DNA from: Planctomycetota bacterium
GTDB taxonomy: Bacteria; Planctomycetota; GCA-002687715; CAIWVZ01
Direction of reading: 5' to 3'
Assembly: GCA_044222185.1 (NCBI GenBank)
Contig: JBGANV010000006.1
Coordinates: 250,213-314,212, forward strand
Length of the DNA stretch: 64,000 bases
Position 1 is the first letter of the stretch. The number at the start of each line of letters is the position of its first letter. This document shows positions 1 to 9,927 of this stretch, piece by piece. Below the pieces are notes generated by a model. It had not been told where the DNA came from. It made no database searches and saw only the letters and a list, made by a program, of their open reading frames with translations. A program made the position numbers and the translations under genes.

Positions 1-904
1 CGCCGTCGCGTGTCCAGCGGACGATCAGAGTGAGCTTTGCCGAGTTGGGGCGCGTTTGTGGCGTCTCACGGAACGGTAGGGGAACGACAGCTGCCGGTGA
101 GGCGTTTGCGCCAGGCGGCGCTTTGGGCGTGGCCGCCGTCTTCGGCCTCTCGGCGACGGCGTCGGTGGCGCCCGGTTCGTGTGCGGCCGTATTCGGGAGG
201 GGATCCGTCGTGCGCTCCCGCGAGTTCCAGAACACGAACCCGCCGATCAGGAGAAGAACGCTCACGGCGGCGAGTTTCACTGGCGTACTGAGCATGAGAA
301 CGATCTCCGCGCATGCGGCTGCGGTTGCAGCGACTCCCGCCGCGAGGCCCGCGGAATTCGCGGGCGCGGCAAGCGGGATCAGTCCCAGGCACCAGGCGTC
401 GCGTTTGCCACCCGTCGACGCGTCGAGCCGAGCGCGGAGCTTCTCCAGCGCCCGGCGGTGGCGAGTGCGCACGGTCTCGACCGGGAGGCCGAGTCGCTTC
501 GCCACCAACCGCGGCGGGAGGTTCTCGAAGTAGCGCAGGAGCATCACGTCGCGGTACGCGGGCTCGAGTTCGAGCACGGCGTCGACGACGGTGCGCCTCA
601 GCGATTCGCGCTCGACGACGGACGCCACCGAGGGCACGGCCTCTGGCGGCGCGACGATCGTCTCCCGTCGCTCCCGGCGCGACTCACGCACGCGGCGCTT
701 GATCGACAAGTTGCGCGTGACCCGTGCGAGCCACGCGCTCAGCCGGCCGGACTGCGACGGCCCCGATTGGAGCGCCGCGAGCCAGGTTTGCTGAACGACG
801 TCGTCCACGGCGTGCGCGTCGAACAAGAGACCGCGGGCCACCGCCCGGACGAAACCGTCATGGGCGAGCAACGCGACGAGGTCGATGGGGGTGGAGGGTT
901 CCAT
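1..904 (-). CDS. ECF-type sigma-70 factor with C-terminal membrane-spanning extension (3' end runs off the window)
   Basis: Absent from the ORF track because there is no in-frame stop before the window edge. Manual translation from ATG (complement of 902-904): MEPSTPIDLVALLAHDGFVRAV...DDVVQQTWLAAL (region-2-like) ... DVMLLRYFENLPPRLVAKRLGLPVETVRTRHRRALEKLRARL (region-4 HTH). A hydrophobic stretch follows: LGLIPLAAPANSAGLAAGVAATAAA...KLAAVSVLLLIGGFVFW. Confidence 0.8.
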   Translation of the reverse strand, partial: MEPSTPIDLVALLAHDGFVRAVARGLLFDAHAVDDVVQQTWLAALQSGPSQSGRLSAWLARVTRNLSIKRRVRESRRERRETIVAPPEAVPSVASVVERESLRRTVVDAVLELEPAYRDVMLLRYFENLPPRLVAKRLGLPVETVRTRHRRALEKLRARLDASTGGKRDAWCLGLIPLAAPANSAGLAAGVAATAAACAEIVLMLSTPVKLAAVSVLLLIGGFVFWNSRERTTDPLPNTAAHEPGATDAVAERPKTAATPKAPPGANASPAAVVPLPFRETPQTRPNSAKLTLIVRWTRDG

Positions 905-1193
905 GGGACTGCGGAGATCAAGTCCTCACGGATGGACGATACGGTTCAAATCGGGTTGCGAGGGGCAGCTCGCGAGAACCCGCGCGAGGCCGGTCGCGCT
1001 CCGGCGGAGCGCCCGTTCACGGCCGCCTCGGCCGGAACGGGCCGGATCGCCCCGCGTCCCGCGCGGTCCGGGGTGCGTCGCCTGCGTCGCGGTGCGGGAT
1101 GTTCAACGCCTCATCGAGATCAGCCACGCTCTCCTCGGGCGCGGTCGCGCTTCGTTCCGAACCCTCCGACGGTGCGCACCCCCTCCGACCGCA

Positions 1194-4100
1194 TCAGCGC
1201 GGATACACGACGAGCGATTCGGCGCCGTCGCGGATGGTGACGTGCGTGTCGACCTTGTCCTCGGGCCGGCAGGTGTCGATCCAAGTGCCCCCGGGAACCA
1301 CGTAGACGTGCCACGTCCCCGGGGCGAGCCCCGTGATCTCGGCGTCGGACTGGTCGGCGCCGATGCGCCATTCGACGGCTTCCAGGCGTCGATCGCGCGG
1401 AATCAGACGGACGAAGAGGTCTCCGGGCAAGTTCTTTGGCCGGACGCTCACCTGCAATCGGATGGTGCCGCAGCGCTCCGTCGACGCGACCGTTCCCAGA
1501 TCGACGTCGTCGGATCCAGTGAGGTCGACGCCGTTCAATCGGATGGGCGGACGACCCGCGACCACGAACGTGAGTGACCGGGCTGCAGGGTCGAACCCAC
1601 CGAACCACGCGCGGTCGCCGACCCTGTAGAGATCCCATCGATCGGAAACGTCCTCCGATGAAGCCTCTCGATGAGCGAGGACATACCCGACGACACGCGG
1701 GTCTGTAGCGACGAGCGGCGGCACGAAACGGACGTACGCGCGTCGATCCCATTCCATCTCGAGTACACACTTCTCGACTGGCGTCGTGATCGTCGCCGTT
1801 CCGGACGAGGTCGCCGGCCGCAGGAGTGGATGGTGCGCCGTGACGGTCACGGGGGTGGTTCCTGGGAACCATTGACGAAACGAAAACTCCGGCGGGCCAC
1901 CTGACGTCGGCGACTGGTGGAGCTCGGAGAACGAGCGTGAATCGCCCCGATGCGAAACGTCCAAGAGAGGCGGTGAGAGCGGGAATTCCGCCCAGTCGCC
2001 TGGCACGCGCACGCGGATCGCCTGCTGAAACGCACTCGAGAGGTCGAGCGTCGCCTCGACTTGCGGGTTGGACTCCGAGATGACCAGGACGTCGGTGGCG
2101 ATCCCGATCTCGTCATAGTGAACGCGGTAGCGGCCCGGACGGAGGCCGGTCCGAACTACCGTCGTCGCCGTGCGAGGTTTGGTCGAATCGCGCTGACGCA
2201 GCCACTCGCTCTCGTGAGAGTCGTCAAGAAACTCGATCCGCGGCGACAATGGGACCGCGGTCGATCGAGGTTCGATCACGTGGACTGTCAGTGACGTGGT
2301 CGCCCAGATGCCGACCTGGGTGGGCTCGCGGCTCGGGAGCGTCGGTGTCACGTCTTGGCGGAAGCCAGATGTGGGATCGGAGAACCTGAACGAGTAGGAC
2401 CCCGGCGCCCCGAGCATCCTGAGAGTGAGCTCGCCAAGACCCGGGTCTTCCGCCCACGCTGTGATGACGGCGTCCCCACCGACTGCGAGTTCGAGGGAGT
2501 GCGGAATCGCCGGCTTGCCGTCCACGGTTACGCGGAATCGCGCGGTGAGCTCCTCTCCTGGTGTCAGGGTGAGCGTTCCGTCGGGCGCCTCGATGGCGAA
2601 CGACCCGCCGCGTAGCCACTGCGTCAGACCGCGTCGACCCGAACTCAACGCGATCCGGTGAGCCCCTGCGGGAAGGTCGGTGAACACGGCCGTGGCGTCG
2701 GGGCCGAGCTGCCGTTCGCACCGGAGGTTGGTACTGACCTCCGTCATCGACACGGTGATCGGGATCGCGGCGTCGCGAGGGAAGGACGCGACTCGAACGG
2801 TGACGCGGTGCGACGGCTCGAAGTGGATCGCCGGTCGAAGCCCCTGAGCGTCGGGGCCGGTCAGATTCGCCACGCGACCGTCTCGAGTGAGGGCGCGGCC
2901 GACGACGTCGTCGACCCGGCTTCCGGCGCCGTGCACGGGCGGCCGCCATCGGAGCGCCCCGTCTCGAATGAGTGCCGCCGGCGCTGCGGGTTGCGCTGCA
3001 CGATCCCGTGAAGTCGTCGCGTCTGGCCATGCGAACCGCGGGATCACGCCATCCTTGTTCGCGACGACGACGAGACACGGAGCGTCTTTCAGGAGAACCT
3101 CGGGAGATCGCGCGTCGATGGGCCAAACCGTGGATGCATCCGATCCCGTCGAATCCAGCTCGATTCGGACTGGCGTCGTCGCCGGCATCGGGACGAGGCG
3201 GGCCCGAGGTTCCAATCGCACGTCCGATGGCGTCGATGCTCGAACGAGGATCGGCGTGTGAGTGAGCGGACCGACGATCTGCGTTCGGCCGTTTGCGTCG
3301 GTGACGGGAGGCGACGGGAAGCCGAGGGCGCGAAGTCGGCGCAGAGTCATCCACGTCCTCGAGAGGTTCTGCGTGCTCACGTCGTCGGACCCGTCCTCGC
3401 CCATGAGCATCGGCACCTCGCCCGGGTCGGGCCAGAGGACTTCGACGCGAGCCCCCACGACCGGCGTGGCGGAACGGCTCTCGACGACTTGAACCGCGAT
3501 GGGGACCGTCGGCTCGATCGGGATCGTGATCGGAGTCGCGATCGGTGTCGGCGCAGAGACGATGATCGACACCATGCCCCATCCAGATCGGTCGGAGTAC
3601 GCGGCGACGCGATGGACTCCTTCAGCCAGATCGCACACGTGCACGCCATCCTGGCCCGTCGTGCCCTGAGCCGTTGCATCCACGTGGACGGTCGCGCTGC
3701 GGATTGGCCCGCCGTCGCGCAGAACCACGAGACGTGTCGGCACGAGCGGCGTCACGAGCGCAACGACGCCAACGTCCTGGCACCCGTCTTCGCCAGTGGG
3801 GTGACTCCGCTCGATCGTCACCCAGGCGGAGCCCGTGGCACGGTTGCCGGCTTGGAGCATGGTCGTTGCGGCCGCGTCGACTGTGGCGGCAGCGTCGGCG
3901 ACGATCTCGAACGAACCATCTCGTGCGCTGACCGTCTCGCCCAGGGTCTGGGCGTCCGACAAAAGTCTGATCGGCGCGCCAGCCACGGGCCGACGACTTC
4001 GATCGACGACTCGCCCCGAGACGACGAGCTGGGCGCCCTCGTTCGGTAGGGGAGTCGGGAGGACGCGGATCGGTGCCGTCAGCTGGCCGTCGACAGGCCG

Positions 4101-4247
4101 CGGCTGCGGGCGCGATTCCGGCGGCGCCTCCAGGCCTCGTGAATGCATCAGTCCGACGTTCTCGTCGGGCGCGCATCGCGTAGCGAGCCACACGGCCGCA
4201 GCGGCCACGGCGACCACGATCCACGCGGTCCATCGGAAACGACGCAT
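1194..4247 (-). CDS. large membrane-anchored/secreted protein with carboxypeptidase-regulatory-like beta-sandwich modules
   Basis: 1017-aa ORF with N-terminal hydrophobic anchor MRRFRWTAWIVVAVAAAAVWLA. The segment LVVSGRVVDRSRRPVAGAPIRLL...DGSFEIV resembles the CarboxypepD_reg motif. No catalytic motif recognised. It lies directly upstream of the ECF sigma gene on the same strand. Confidence 0.6.
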   Translation of the reverse strand: MRRFRWTAWIVVAVAAAAVWLATRCAPDENVGLMHSRGLEAPPESRPQPRPVDGQLTAPIRVLPTPLPNEGAQLVVSGRVVDRSRRPVAGAPIRLLSDAQTLGETVSARDGSFEIVADAAATVDAAATTMLQAGNRATGSAWVTIERSHPTGEDGCQDVGVVALVTPLVPTRLVVLRDGGPIRSATVHVDATAQGTTGQDGVHVCDLAEGVHRVAAYSDRSGWGMVSIIVSAPTPIATPITIPIEPTVPIAVQVVESRSATPVVGARVEVLWPDPGEVPMLMGEDGSDDVSTQNLSRTWMTLRRLRALGFPSPPVTDANGRTQIVGPLTHTPILVRASTPSDVRLEPRARLVPMPATTPVRIELDSTGSDASTVWPIDARSPEVLLKDAPCLVVVANKDGVIPRFAWPDATTSRDRAAQPAAPAALIRDGALRWRPPVHGAGSRVDDVVGRALTRDGRVANLTGPDAQGLRPAIHFEPSHRVTVRVASFPRDAAIPITVSMTEVSTNLRCERQLGPDATAVFTDLPAGAHRIALSSGRRGLTQWLRGGSFAIEAPDGTLTLTPGEELTARFRVTVDGKPAIPHSLELAVGGDAVITAWAEDPGLGELTLRMLGAPGSYSFRFSDPTSGFRQDVTPTLPSREPTQVGIWATTSLTVHVIEPRSTAVPLSPRIEFLDDSHESEWLRQRDSTKPRTATTVVRTGLRPGRYRVHYDEIGIATDVLVISESNPQVEATLDLSSAFQQAIRVRVPGDWAEFPLSPPLLDVSHRGDSRSFSELHQSPTSGGPPEFSFRQWFPGTTPVTVTAHHPLLRPATSSGTATITTPVEKCVLEMEWDRRAYVRFVPPLVATDPRVVGYVLAHREASSEDVSDRWDLYRVGDRAWFGGFDPAARSLTFVVAGRPPIRLNGVDLTGSDDVDLGTVASTERCGTIRLQVSVRPKNLPGDLFVRLIPRDRRLEAVEWRIGADQSDAEITGLAPGTWHVYVVPGGTWIDTCRPEDKVDTHVTIRDGAESLVVYPR

Positions 4248-4358
4248 GAGAGCCCGGAGGATAGTCGTTCCACCAGAGACGAGTCGAGGCGACTTGTGGC
4301 GAATCTCGACCCTGCGGCGCCGGCGGGCGCAAAGGCGAGGACGCGCCCCGCCGTCGCC

Positions 4359-5015
4359 TCAGCCCTTCGCGAAGATCGGACTCAGCGCAAGCTTCGCGCG
4401 ACGAAGGAACGGCGTCGAGAGCGATGTCGACTGGCTGAACGTGCCGTGGGTTCGCCAGCGCGTGGGTTCGCGGACCAGCACGTCGATGGACGCCGTGGCG
4501 GGGTCGACGATCCAGAACTCGGGAAAGCCCATGCGGAAATAGAGCTCGCGTTTACGTCGTCGGTCGTGAGCCATGTTGCCGGGAGAGAGGATCTCGACGG
4601 CGAGGTCGGGCGCCCCATACATCCAATCCCGGATGCGGTCGCGGTGCTCTGGGCTCACGACGATGATGTCGGGCTGGACGACGTCCACGTCGGAGAGGAT
4701 GACGTCGAATGGCGCGAGGACCACGGTGCCGAGGCTGTTTCTTGCGGCCAGGCCATGAAGCGCCGTTGCAAGCCGAAGAAGGATCGTCTGGTGGTCGAAC
4801 GTCGGCGACGGGCACATGAACTGCTGACCCCCGATGATCTCGCAGCGGACGTCCTCTGGCAGGCGCTGACGCATGCGCACGGTCCAGAGCTTCTCGGTGG
4901 TGGTGATCACGGGCGTAGCGTAGGTCCGGCGCCGAGTTCGGCGCAACGGGGCGTCCGAAGGTGTGACAGCCGTGCGTTGTTTCTTGAATCGTCGACGTGT
5001 GGGCTTCGTGGCCAT
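4359..5015 (-). CDS. Uma2-family (DUF820) putative endonuclease
   Basis: C-terminal motifs APDLAVEILSPGNMAHDRRRKRELYFRMGFPEFWIVDP are typical of Uma2/DUF820. Start moved to the in-frame ATG at 5015 (MATKPTRRRF); the upstream 44 codons of the listed ORF look non-coding. Confidence 0.75.
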   Translation of the reverse strand: MATKPTRRRFKKQRTAVTPSDAPLRRTRRRTYATPVITTTEKLWTVRMRQRLPEDVRCEIIGGQQFMCPSPTFDHQTILLRLATALHGLAARNSLGTVVLAPFDVILSDVDVVQPDIIVVSPEHRDRIRDWMYGAPDLAVEILSPGNMAHDRRRKRELYFRMGFPEFWIVDPATASIDVLVREPTRWRTHGTFSQSTSLSTPFLRRAKLALSPIFAKG

Positions 5016-5159
5016 GGGCGAGCCGATCTCGGCCGATCGCGCGTCAGCGTACGGCGGCGGCGCGTCGCGACGCAACGGTGGGCGAGAACAAACGAACCGG
5101 TTGCAACTTTTCGAACACCACGTCCCTCGCAAGACCGCGGCCATCACCGCGCCGCGCGC

Positions 5160-6509
5160 CTACAACCGCTCCACCCACACGCTCCGATACCGGACGCGAT
5201 TGCCATGATCCTGCAACCGCAGCGGCCCCGGCTTCGACGACTCGGCTCCGCCAGCCGTCGTCGGCCCGTCGACCTCCGCGTCGTCGTGGATCTTGCGACC
5301 GTTCTGCCACACGGTGAGTCGCGCGTTCGCTGCCTTCTTTTCTGCGTCGCCCCATCGCGCGGCGCGGAAGACGATGTCGTAGGACTGCCACTCGCCGGGC
5401 TTCAGGCAGGCATTCACGCGCGGTGCATGTTTGCCGTAGATCGCGCCGCAGTCGTTGTCCTTCGAGACGAGCCCGAAGGAGTCGAGAACCTGAACTTCGT
5501 AGCGATCCTGCAAGTAGACGCCACTGTTGCCGCGCGCCTGGCCCGTGTCCGAATCCGGGTGCTGCGGCACGCTGAATTCCACGTGCACGCGGCAATCGCC
5601 GAACGTCTCCTGCGATAGGGCGTCACCGCTCCCGGCGACGACTTCGAGGGCGTCGTCGACGACCTTCCATGCGATCGGCTTCCCGTCCCGATTCACCATC
5701 GTCGAATGGCCGTGCCCATCCACGAGGACGACGGCGCCCTTTGGCGGTGCGGTGACCCACGCGTCCAACCCCGCGGCCCACGCGAGCCCACCTCCGACGT
5801 GCTTCAGGAATCTCTCGTCGCGCCACACGTCGTCGCGATGTCCGAGCGCGGTGTAGAACACCCGCCCCTTGCCGAACTGCCGACACCACGCGGAGGCGTA
5901 GTCGCCGTCGGGCCGGGCTCCGAGCTTCGCGTCGATGGAATTCGTGTCGAGGGAAAGCAACCCACGTACGGCCGCGCGATCCCACGACTTGAACTGGTAG
6001 ATCTCGTCCGTGATCTCGAGAGCGTCGCCCAGGTGGCGCGTCGCGGGATGCGTCCCGTCGTCCACCTTCATGCGGACCTTCGTGTGCCACGGGTGCCCGT
6101 TGAAGCTCGCGCCGATCATCTCCACGTAGTCGGGAAACTGGTACCAGGTGTCGGTCGCCGGGTGGATGCCGACGAACCCGCCTCCGTTCCACACGAAGTC
6201 GATCAGCGCGCGCTTGCCCGCGTCCGCCATCGGGAGCTCGCCCGTCGTGTAGAAGACGACGGCGGCGCACTTCGAGAGCCGCTCCGCCGTCACGTCGTCA
6301 CACTGCTGCGTGGGGACGACGCGCAAGCGTTCGCCGGTCGTCGCCACGAGCTGCGATTCCGCGAGCGCTGGCTGATCCGGCGCCGGCCGCTTCACGACGT
6401 CGTGCGTGAATCCCGCCGAGTGCGTGAGCATGAGGACCTCGGGCTTCTGCGCGAACGACCCGCAGGTGACGACGGCGAGCACGGACATGACGAGCGCGTG
6501 ACGACTCAT
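5160..6509 (-). CDS. secreted ThuA-like domain fused to DUF1080 (3-keto-disaccharide-hydrolase-like) domain
   Basis: Signal peptide MSRHALVMSVLAVVTCGSFAQ from the in-frame ATG at 6509. ThuA-like block: FVWNGGGFVGIHPATDTWYQFPDYVEMIGASFNGHPW...GRVFYTALGH. C-terminal DUF1080-like block: FGDCRVHVEF...NSGVYLQDRYEVQVLD...LRLQDHGNRVRYRSVWV. Confidence 0.8.
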   Translation of the reverse strand: MSRHALVMSVLAVVTCGSFAQKPEVLMLTHSAGFTHDVVKRPAPDQPALAESQLVATTGERLRVVPTQQCDDVTAERLSKCAAVVFYTTGELPMADAGKRALIDFVWNGGGFVGIHPATDTWYQFPDYVEMIGASFNGHPWHTKVRMKVDDGTHPATRHLGDALEITDEIYQFKSWDRAAVRGLLSLDTNSIDAKLGARPDGDYASAWCRQFGKGRVFYTALGHRDDVWRDERFLKHVGGGLAWAAGLDAWVTAPPKGAVVLVDGHGHSTMVNRDGKPIAWKVVDDALEVVAGSGDALSQETFGDCRVHVEFSVPQHPDSDTGQARGNSGVYLQDRYEVQVLDSFGLVSKDNDCGAIYGKHAPRVNACLKPGEWQSYDIVFRAARWGDAEKKAANARLTVWQNGRKIHDDAEVDGPTTAGGAESSKPGPLRLQDHGNRVRYRSVWVERL

Positions 6510-6570
6510 GGATGCGACCTCCGCGGGGATCATATTCCCGGTACACTCGTCGCTCACACGGAGTTCCTTC

Positions 6571-7911
6571 ATGAGAATCCCCGCGGTTGCCGCGTTCGCG
6601 ATCCCGTTCGTCCTCACTCTCTGCGCCGCCACCGTTCCGACGGCGGGCCAGGCGCCGGACCGGAAGTTCACGGACGACGCGTCGTTCACGTCGCTGTTCG
6701 ACGGCAAGTCGCTCACGGGCTGGGTCACGAAGGGCGGGCATTACGACGGCACCGCCAACTGGCGTGTCGAAGACGGCGCCATCACGGGGAGCGAGGGCGA
6801 GAATCACTCCGGCGGCCTCCTCTACACCGAGCGCAAGTACCACAGCTTCATCTTCGTGATGGACGCCCAGCTCGATTCCCCCTTCGACTCCGGCGTGTTC
6901 CTGCGCATGGCGCCCCAGGGCAAGGGCGCGCAGGTCACCCTCGATTACCGCGACGACGGTGAGGTCGGCGCGATCTACGCCGATGCCTTCCTCGCGCACT
7001 GCCCGGCCGGGAAGGCCAAGTGGAAGAAGGACGCGTGGAACCACGTGGAGATCCGCTGCACCGGCCGCGACTACCACGTCGAGTTCTGGCTGAACGGCGA
7101 GCTCCTGACGGACTATCGCCTGCCCGCCGGCAGCTCGGGCTACGCGCCGACGGGGTTGATCGGCTTGCAGGTCCACGGCAATCGCAACGATCCGCCAGGA
7201 CGGAAGGCGCGCTTCAAGAACATCCGGATCCGAGAGCTCCCGACCTTCGACCCGGAGCTCTTCGAAGCCGACGTCCTCGGCACCCTCAAGCTCACGGAGA
7301 AGGGCACGGCCCTCGGTTGGAAGAGCCTGTTCGACGGCAGATCCATCGACGGGTGGGAAATGCACGGCGGAGGAGCGGGCGTCGACGTGGCCGACGGCAC
7401 GATCCGCTTCGCGACGAAAGGCCCCACGGGCGATCTGCGAACGAAGGAGGATTTCCGGGATTTCGAGCTGCAGCTCGACTTCCGCATCGACCGCATGGCG
7501 AACAGCGGCGTGTTCCTGCGCGCCGCGCGAACGGACGAGAACCCCGCGTTCTCCGGCGGTGAGATCCAGATCCTGGACGACTTCAACTGGGAGTCGGTCT
7601 CCAAATCCACGCTGCGGCCCTACCAGTTCACGGGAAGCCTCTATGGCTCTTCCGCGGTCGCCGACCGCAGCGCGGTTCGGCCCCTGAACACGTGGAACAC
7701 CTACTTCATCCGTTATCAGGGCTCGCGGCTGCTCGTCGAGCTCAACGGCGTGAAGGTGCAGGATGCCGACACGTTCGAACTGCCCTCGTCCGAGAAGGCG
7801 TTCCGTGAGCGGGCCCCGTCAGGGTTCATCGGCCTTCAGCGTTACGCCTGCCAATGGGCTGGCGGCGAACACTACGCGTGGTTTCGCAACCTCTTCGTCA
7901 GGAAGCTGTGA
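6571..7911 (+). CDS. secreted protein with two tandem DUF1080 (3-keto-disaccharide-hydrolase-like) domains
   Basis: Signal peptide MRIPAVAAFAIPFVLTLCAA from ATG 6571, with GGAG 8 nt upstream. Two copies of the LFDG(K/R)S(L/I)(T/D)GW...W(R)VEDG...SGVFLR...GLQ pattern. Confidence 0.8.
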   Translation: MRIPAVAAFAIPFVLTLCAATVPTAGQAPDRKFTDDASFTSLFDGKSLTGWVTKGGHYDGTANWRVEDGAITGSEGENHSGGLLYTERKYHSFIFVMDAQLDSPFDSGVFLRMAPQGKGAQVTLDYRDDGEVGAIYADAFLAHCPAGKAKWKKDAWNHVEIRCTGRDYHVEFWLNGELLTDYRLPAGSSGYAPTGLIGLQVHGNRNDPPGRKARFKNIRIRELPTFDPELFEADVLGTLKLTEKGTALGWKSLFDGRSIDGWEMHGGGAGVDVADGTIRFATKGPTGDLRTKEDFRDFELQLDFRIDRMANSGVFLRAARTDENPAFSGGEIQILDDFNWESVSKSTLRPYQFTGSLYGSSAVADRSAVRPLNTWNTYFIRYQGSRLLVELNGVKVQDADTFELPSSEKAFRERAPSGFIGLQRYACQWAGGEHYAWFRNLFVRKL

Positions 7912-8013
7912 GACCGAGCCGGCGCGGCTCGCCTGGAAGAAAGGCGAACGGACGGAGGGCCGGCACCTCGCCCGCGTGCCGGCGGCGTCGCTCTCACCTA
8001 TGATGGCCGCGCC

Positions 8014-8835
8014 ATGCCGCCCCGTCTTGCCGTGTGCTCCTGGTCGCTCCAGCCGACGTCGCCCGACGACCTCGCCTCCAAGCTCCGCGAATGCGGCGTC
8101 GCCAACGTCCAGATCGCGCTCGATCCGATCCGAACCGGTACGTGGAACCTGGACGACTTCCGCCGGGCCATGACCAAGGCCGGGATCACGGTCGTGTCGG
8201 GCATGATGGCGATGAAGGCCGAGGACTATTCGACGCTCGAATCCATTCGCCGGACGGGTGGCGTGAGACCGGATGCGGACTGGCCCGACAACCTTGCCGC
8301 TGCGGGCGCCGATGCGCGACTTGCCAGGGAACTCGGGCTTGCGCTCGTGACGTTCCACGCGGGGTTCATTCCCGAAGCGGACGGCACAGAGCGTCGCACG
8401 ATCCTCGATCGAGTCCGCGCCATCGTGGACGTGTTCGCGCGGGAAGGCGTGCGCGTCGCGCTGGAGACGGGCCAGGAGACGGCCGAATGCCTCGAGCATG
8501 CGCTCACGGCGCTGGGGCGCCCAACCGTCGGCGTGAACTTCGATCCCGCCAACATGATCCTCTACGGCATGGGGAATCCCGTGGAGGCATTGGCCCGCCT
8601 TGCGCCATGGATCCGGCAGATCCACGTCAAGGACGCCGTGGCGACGGGAACTCCCGGAACCTGGGGCGAGGAGGTTCCCGTGGGTTCGGGAGCCGTCGAT
8701 TGGCATGCGTTCTTCGACGTCGCCAGGCGCAAGTCGCTTGGCGTCGATCTTGCGATCGAGCGCGAAGCCGGAAGCCAGCGCATCACGGACATCCGCACGG
8801 CCCGTCGACTGGTCGAATCCACTTGGACGGTCTGA
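8014..8835 (+). CDS. sugar phosphate isomerase/epimerase (xylose-isomerase-like TIM barrel)
   Basis: 273-aa ORF with family-typical blocks LVTFHAGFIP, RVALETGQE, GVNFDPANMILYG, IRQIHVKD and LAIERE. Confidence 0.8.
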   Translation: MPPRLAVCSWSLQPTSPDDLASKLRECGVANVQIALDPIRTGTWNLDDFRRAMTKAGITVVSGMMAMKAEDYSTLESIRRTGGVRPDADWPDNLAAAGADARLARELGLALVTFHAGFIPEADGTERRTILDRVRAIVDVFAREGVRVALETGQETAECLEHALTALGRPTVGVNFDPANMILYGMGNPVEALARLAPWIRQIHVKDAVATGTPGTWGEEVPVGSGAVDWHAFFDVARRKSLGVDLAIEREAGSQRITDIRTARRLVESTWTV

Positions 8836-8836
8836 C

Positions 8837-9871
8837 ATGACGTCGACGAGAACCCTTGGCATCGGCGTGGTCGGATTCGGGCTCATGGGGCGGACTCACG
8901 CCGCCGCGTGGGAGGCGGCGCGCGCATCCGGACGGCCGTGCCGGCTCGTGGTCGTCTGCGACAGCAGCGCGGCGCGGCTCGTGCCGGGTGCCGAGGTTGC
9001 GGGCAACGTTCGCGGGCAATCGGGTGCGGCACGGCTCTTCGACCCGGCCGTCGTGCGGACGACGACGAATCCGGATGACGTCTTCCACGATCCCGAGGTC
9101 GACGTCGTCTCCATCTGCACGCGCACGGCGACGCACGTCGAGCTGGCGGCAGCGGCGCTACGCGCAGGGAAGCACGTCCTCGTGGAAAAGCCCGTGGGGT
9201 TGACCGCCGACGACGTCGCGCCTCTGCGGACCGTCGCTTCACATGCCGGCACGCTGTGCATGCCCGCCCACTGCATGCGGTTCTGGCCCGGTTGGACGTG
9301 GCTCCGCGCCGCAATCCGCGATGGGCGGTTCGGATCCGTCCGCTCCGCCGTGTTCCAGCGGCTTGGGACGCCGCCCGCGTGGTCGCCCGAGTTCTACCGC
9401 GACTCGGCGCAGACCGGCGGCGCTCTCGTCGATCTGCACATCCACGACGTCGACTTCATCCGCTGGTGCTTCGGAGATCCGGTATCGGTCGTCTCGACCG
9501 GCACCCTCGATCACGTGACGACCTTCTATCGCTACGGTTCAAACGGGCCGTCGCACGTCGTCGCCGAGGGTGCGTGGGATCACGCCATCGGGTTCGGGTT
9601 CCGGATGCGGTTCGTCGTGGCGTTCGAGCGTGCGACCGCCGACTTCGACCTGGGGCGCGATCCCAGGCTGGTCGTTTCGACGGAGGGCCAGGCGAGCGCC
9701 GTCGACCTGGAGCCCATCGCCGGTTATGACGGCGAAGTCCGACATCTGGCCGACGTCGTGCTCGGCCGGACGCGAAACCTCGACGTAACCGTCGACGACG
9801 CGTGGGGCACGGCGCGGATACTCGATGCCGAGCGGGAAAGTCTCGCACGCGGCGCGGAGGTCGGGCTGTAA
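8837..9871 (+). CDS. Gfo/Idh/MocA-family oxidoreductase
   Basis: The in-frame ATG at 8837 lies 1 nt after the stop of the previous gene. Rossmann N-terminus LGIGVVGFGLMGRTHAAAW, then ICTRTATHVELAAAALRAGKHVLVEKP. Confidence 0.8.
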   Translation: MTSTRTLGIGVVGFGLMGRTHAAAWEAARASGRPCRLVVVCDSSAARLVPGAEVAGNVRGQSGAARLFDPAVVRTTTNPDDVFHDPEVDVVSICTRTATHVELAAAALRAGKHVLVEKPVGLTADDVAPLRTVASHAGTLCMPAHCMRFWPGWTWLRAAIRDGRFGSVRSAVFQRLGTPPAWSPEFYRDSAQTGGALVDLHIHDVDFIRWCFGDPVSVVSTGTLDHVTTFYRYGSNGPSHVVAEGAWDHAIGFGFRMRFVVAFERATADFDLGRDPRLVVSTEGQASAVDLEPIAGYDGEVRHLADVVLGRTRNLDVTVDDAWGTARILDAERESLARGAEVGL

Positions 9872-9927
9872 GTCGACTCCGGAACACGCCGATCTTGGTG
9901 CGTCCGGGTCCGAGATGAACGAAGCCG

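Noticed and set aside
3836-3847. Sigma-54-like TGGCACGGTTGC
   Set aside because: The GG and GC elements are separated by only 2 nt instead of the canonical spacing (TGGCAC-N5-TTGC), and the site lies inside a coding region.
4143-5618. 491-aa plus-strand ORF spanning the Uma2 and ThuA-DUF1080 genes
   Set aside because: It is antisense to two genes with clear family motifs. Its translation is Arg/Gly/Asp-rich with no motif. This is a typical shadow ORF of a high-GC genome.
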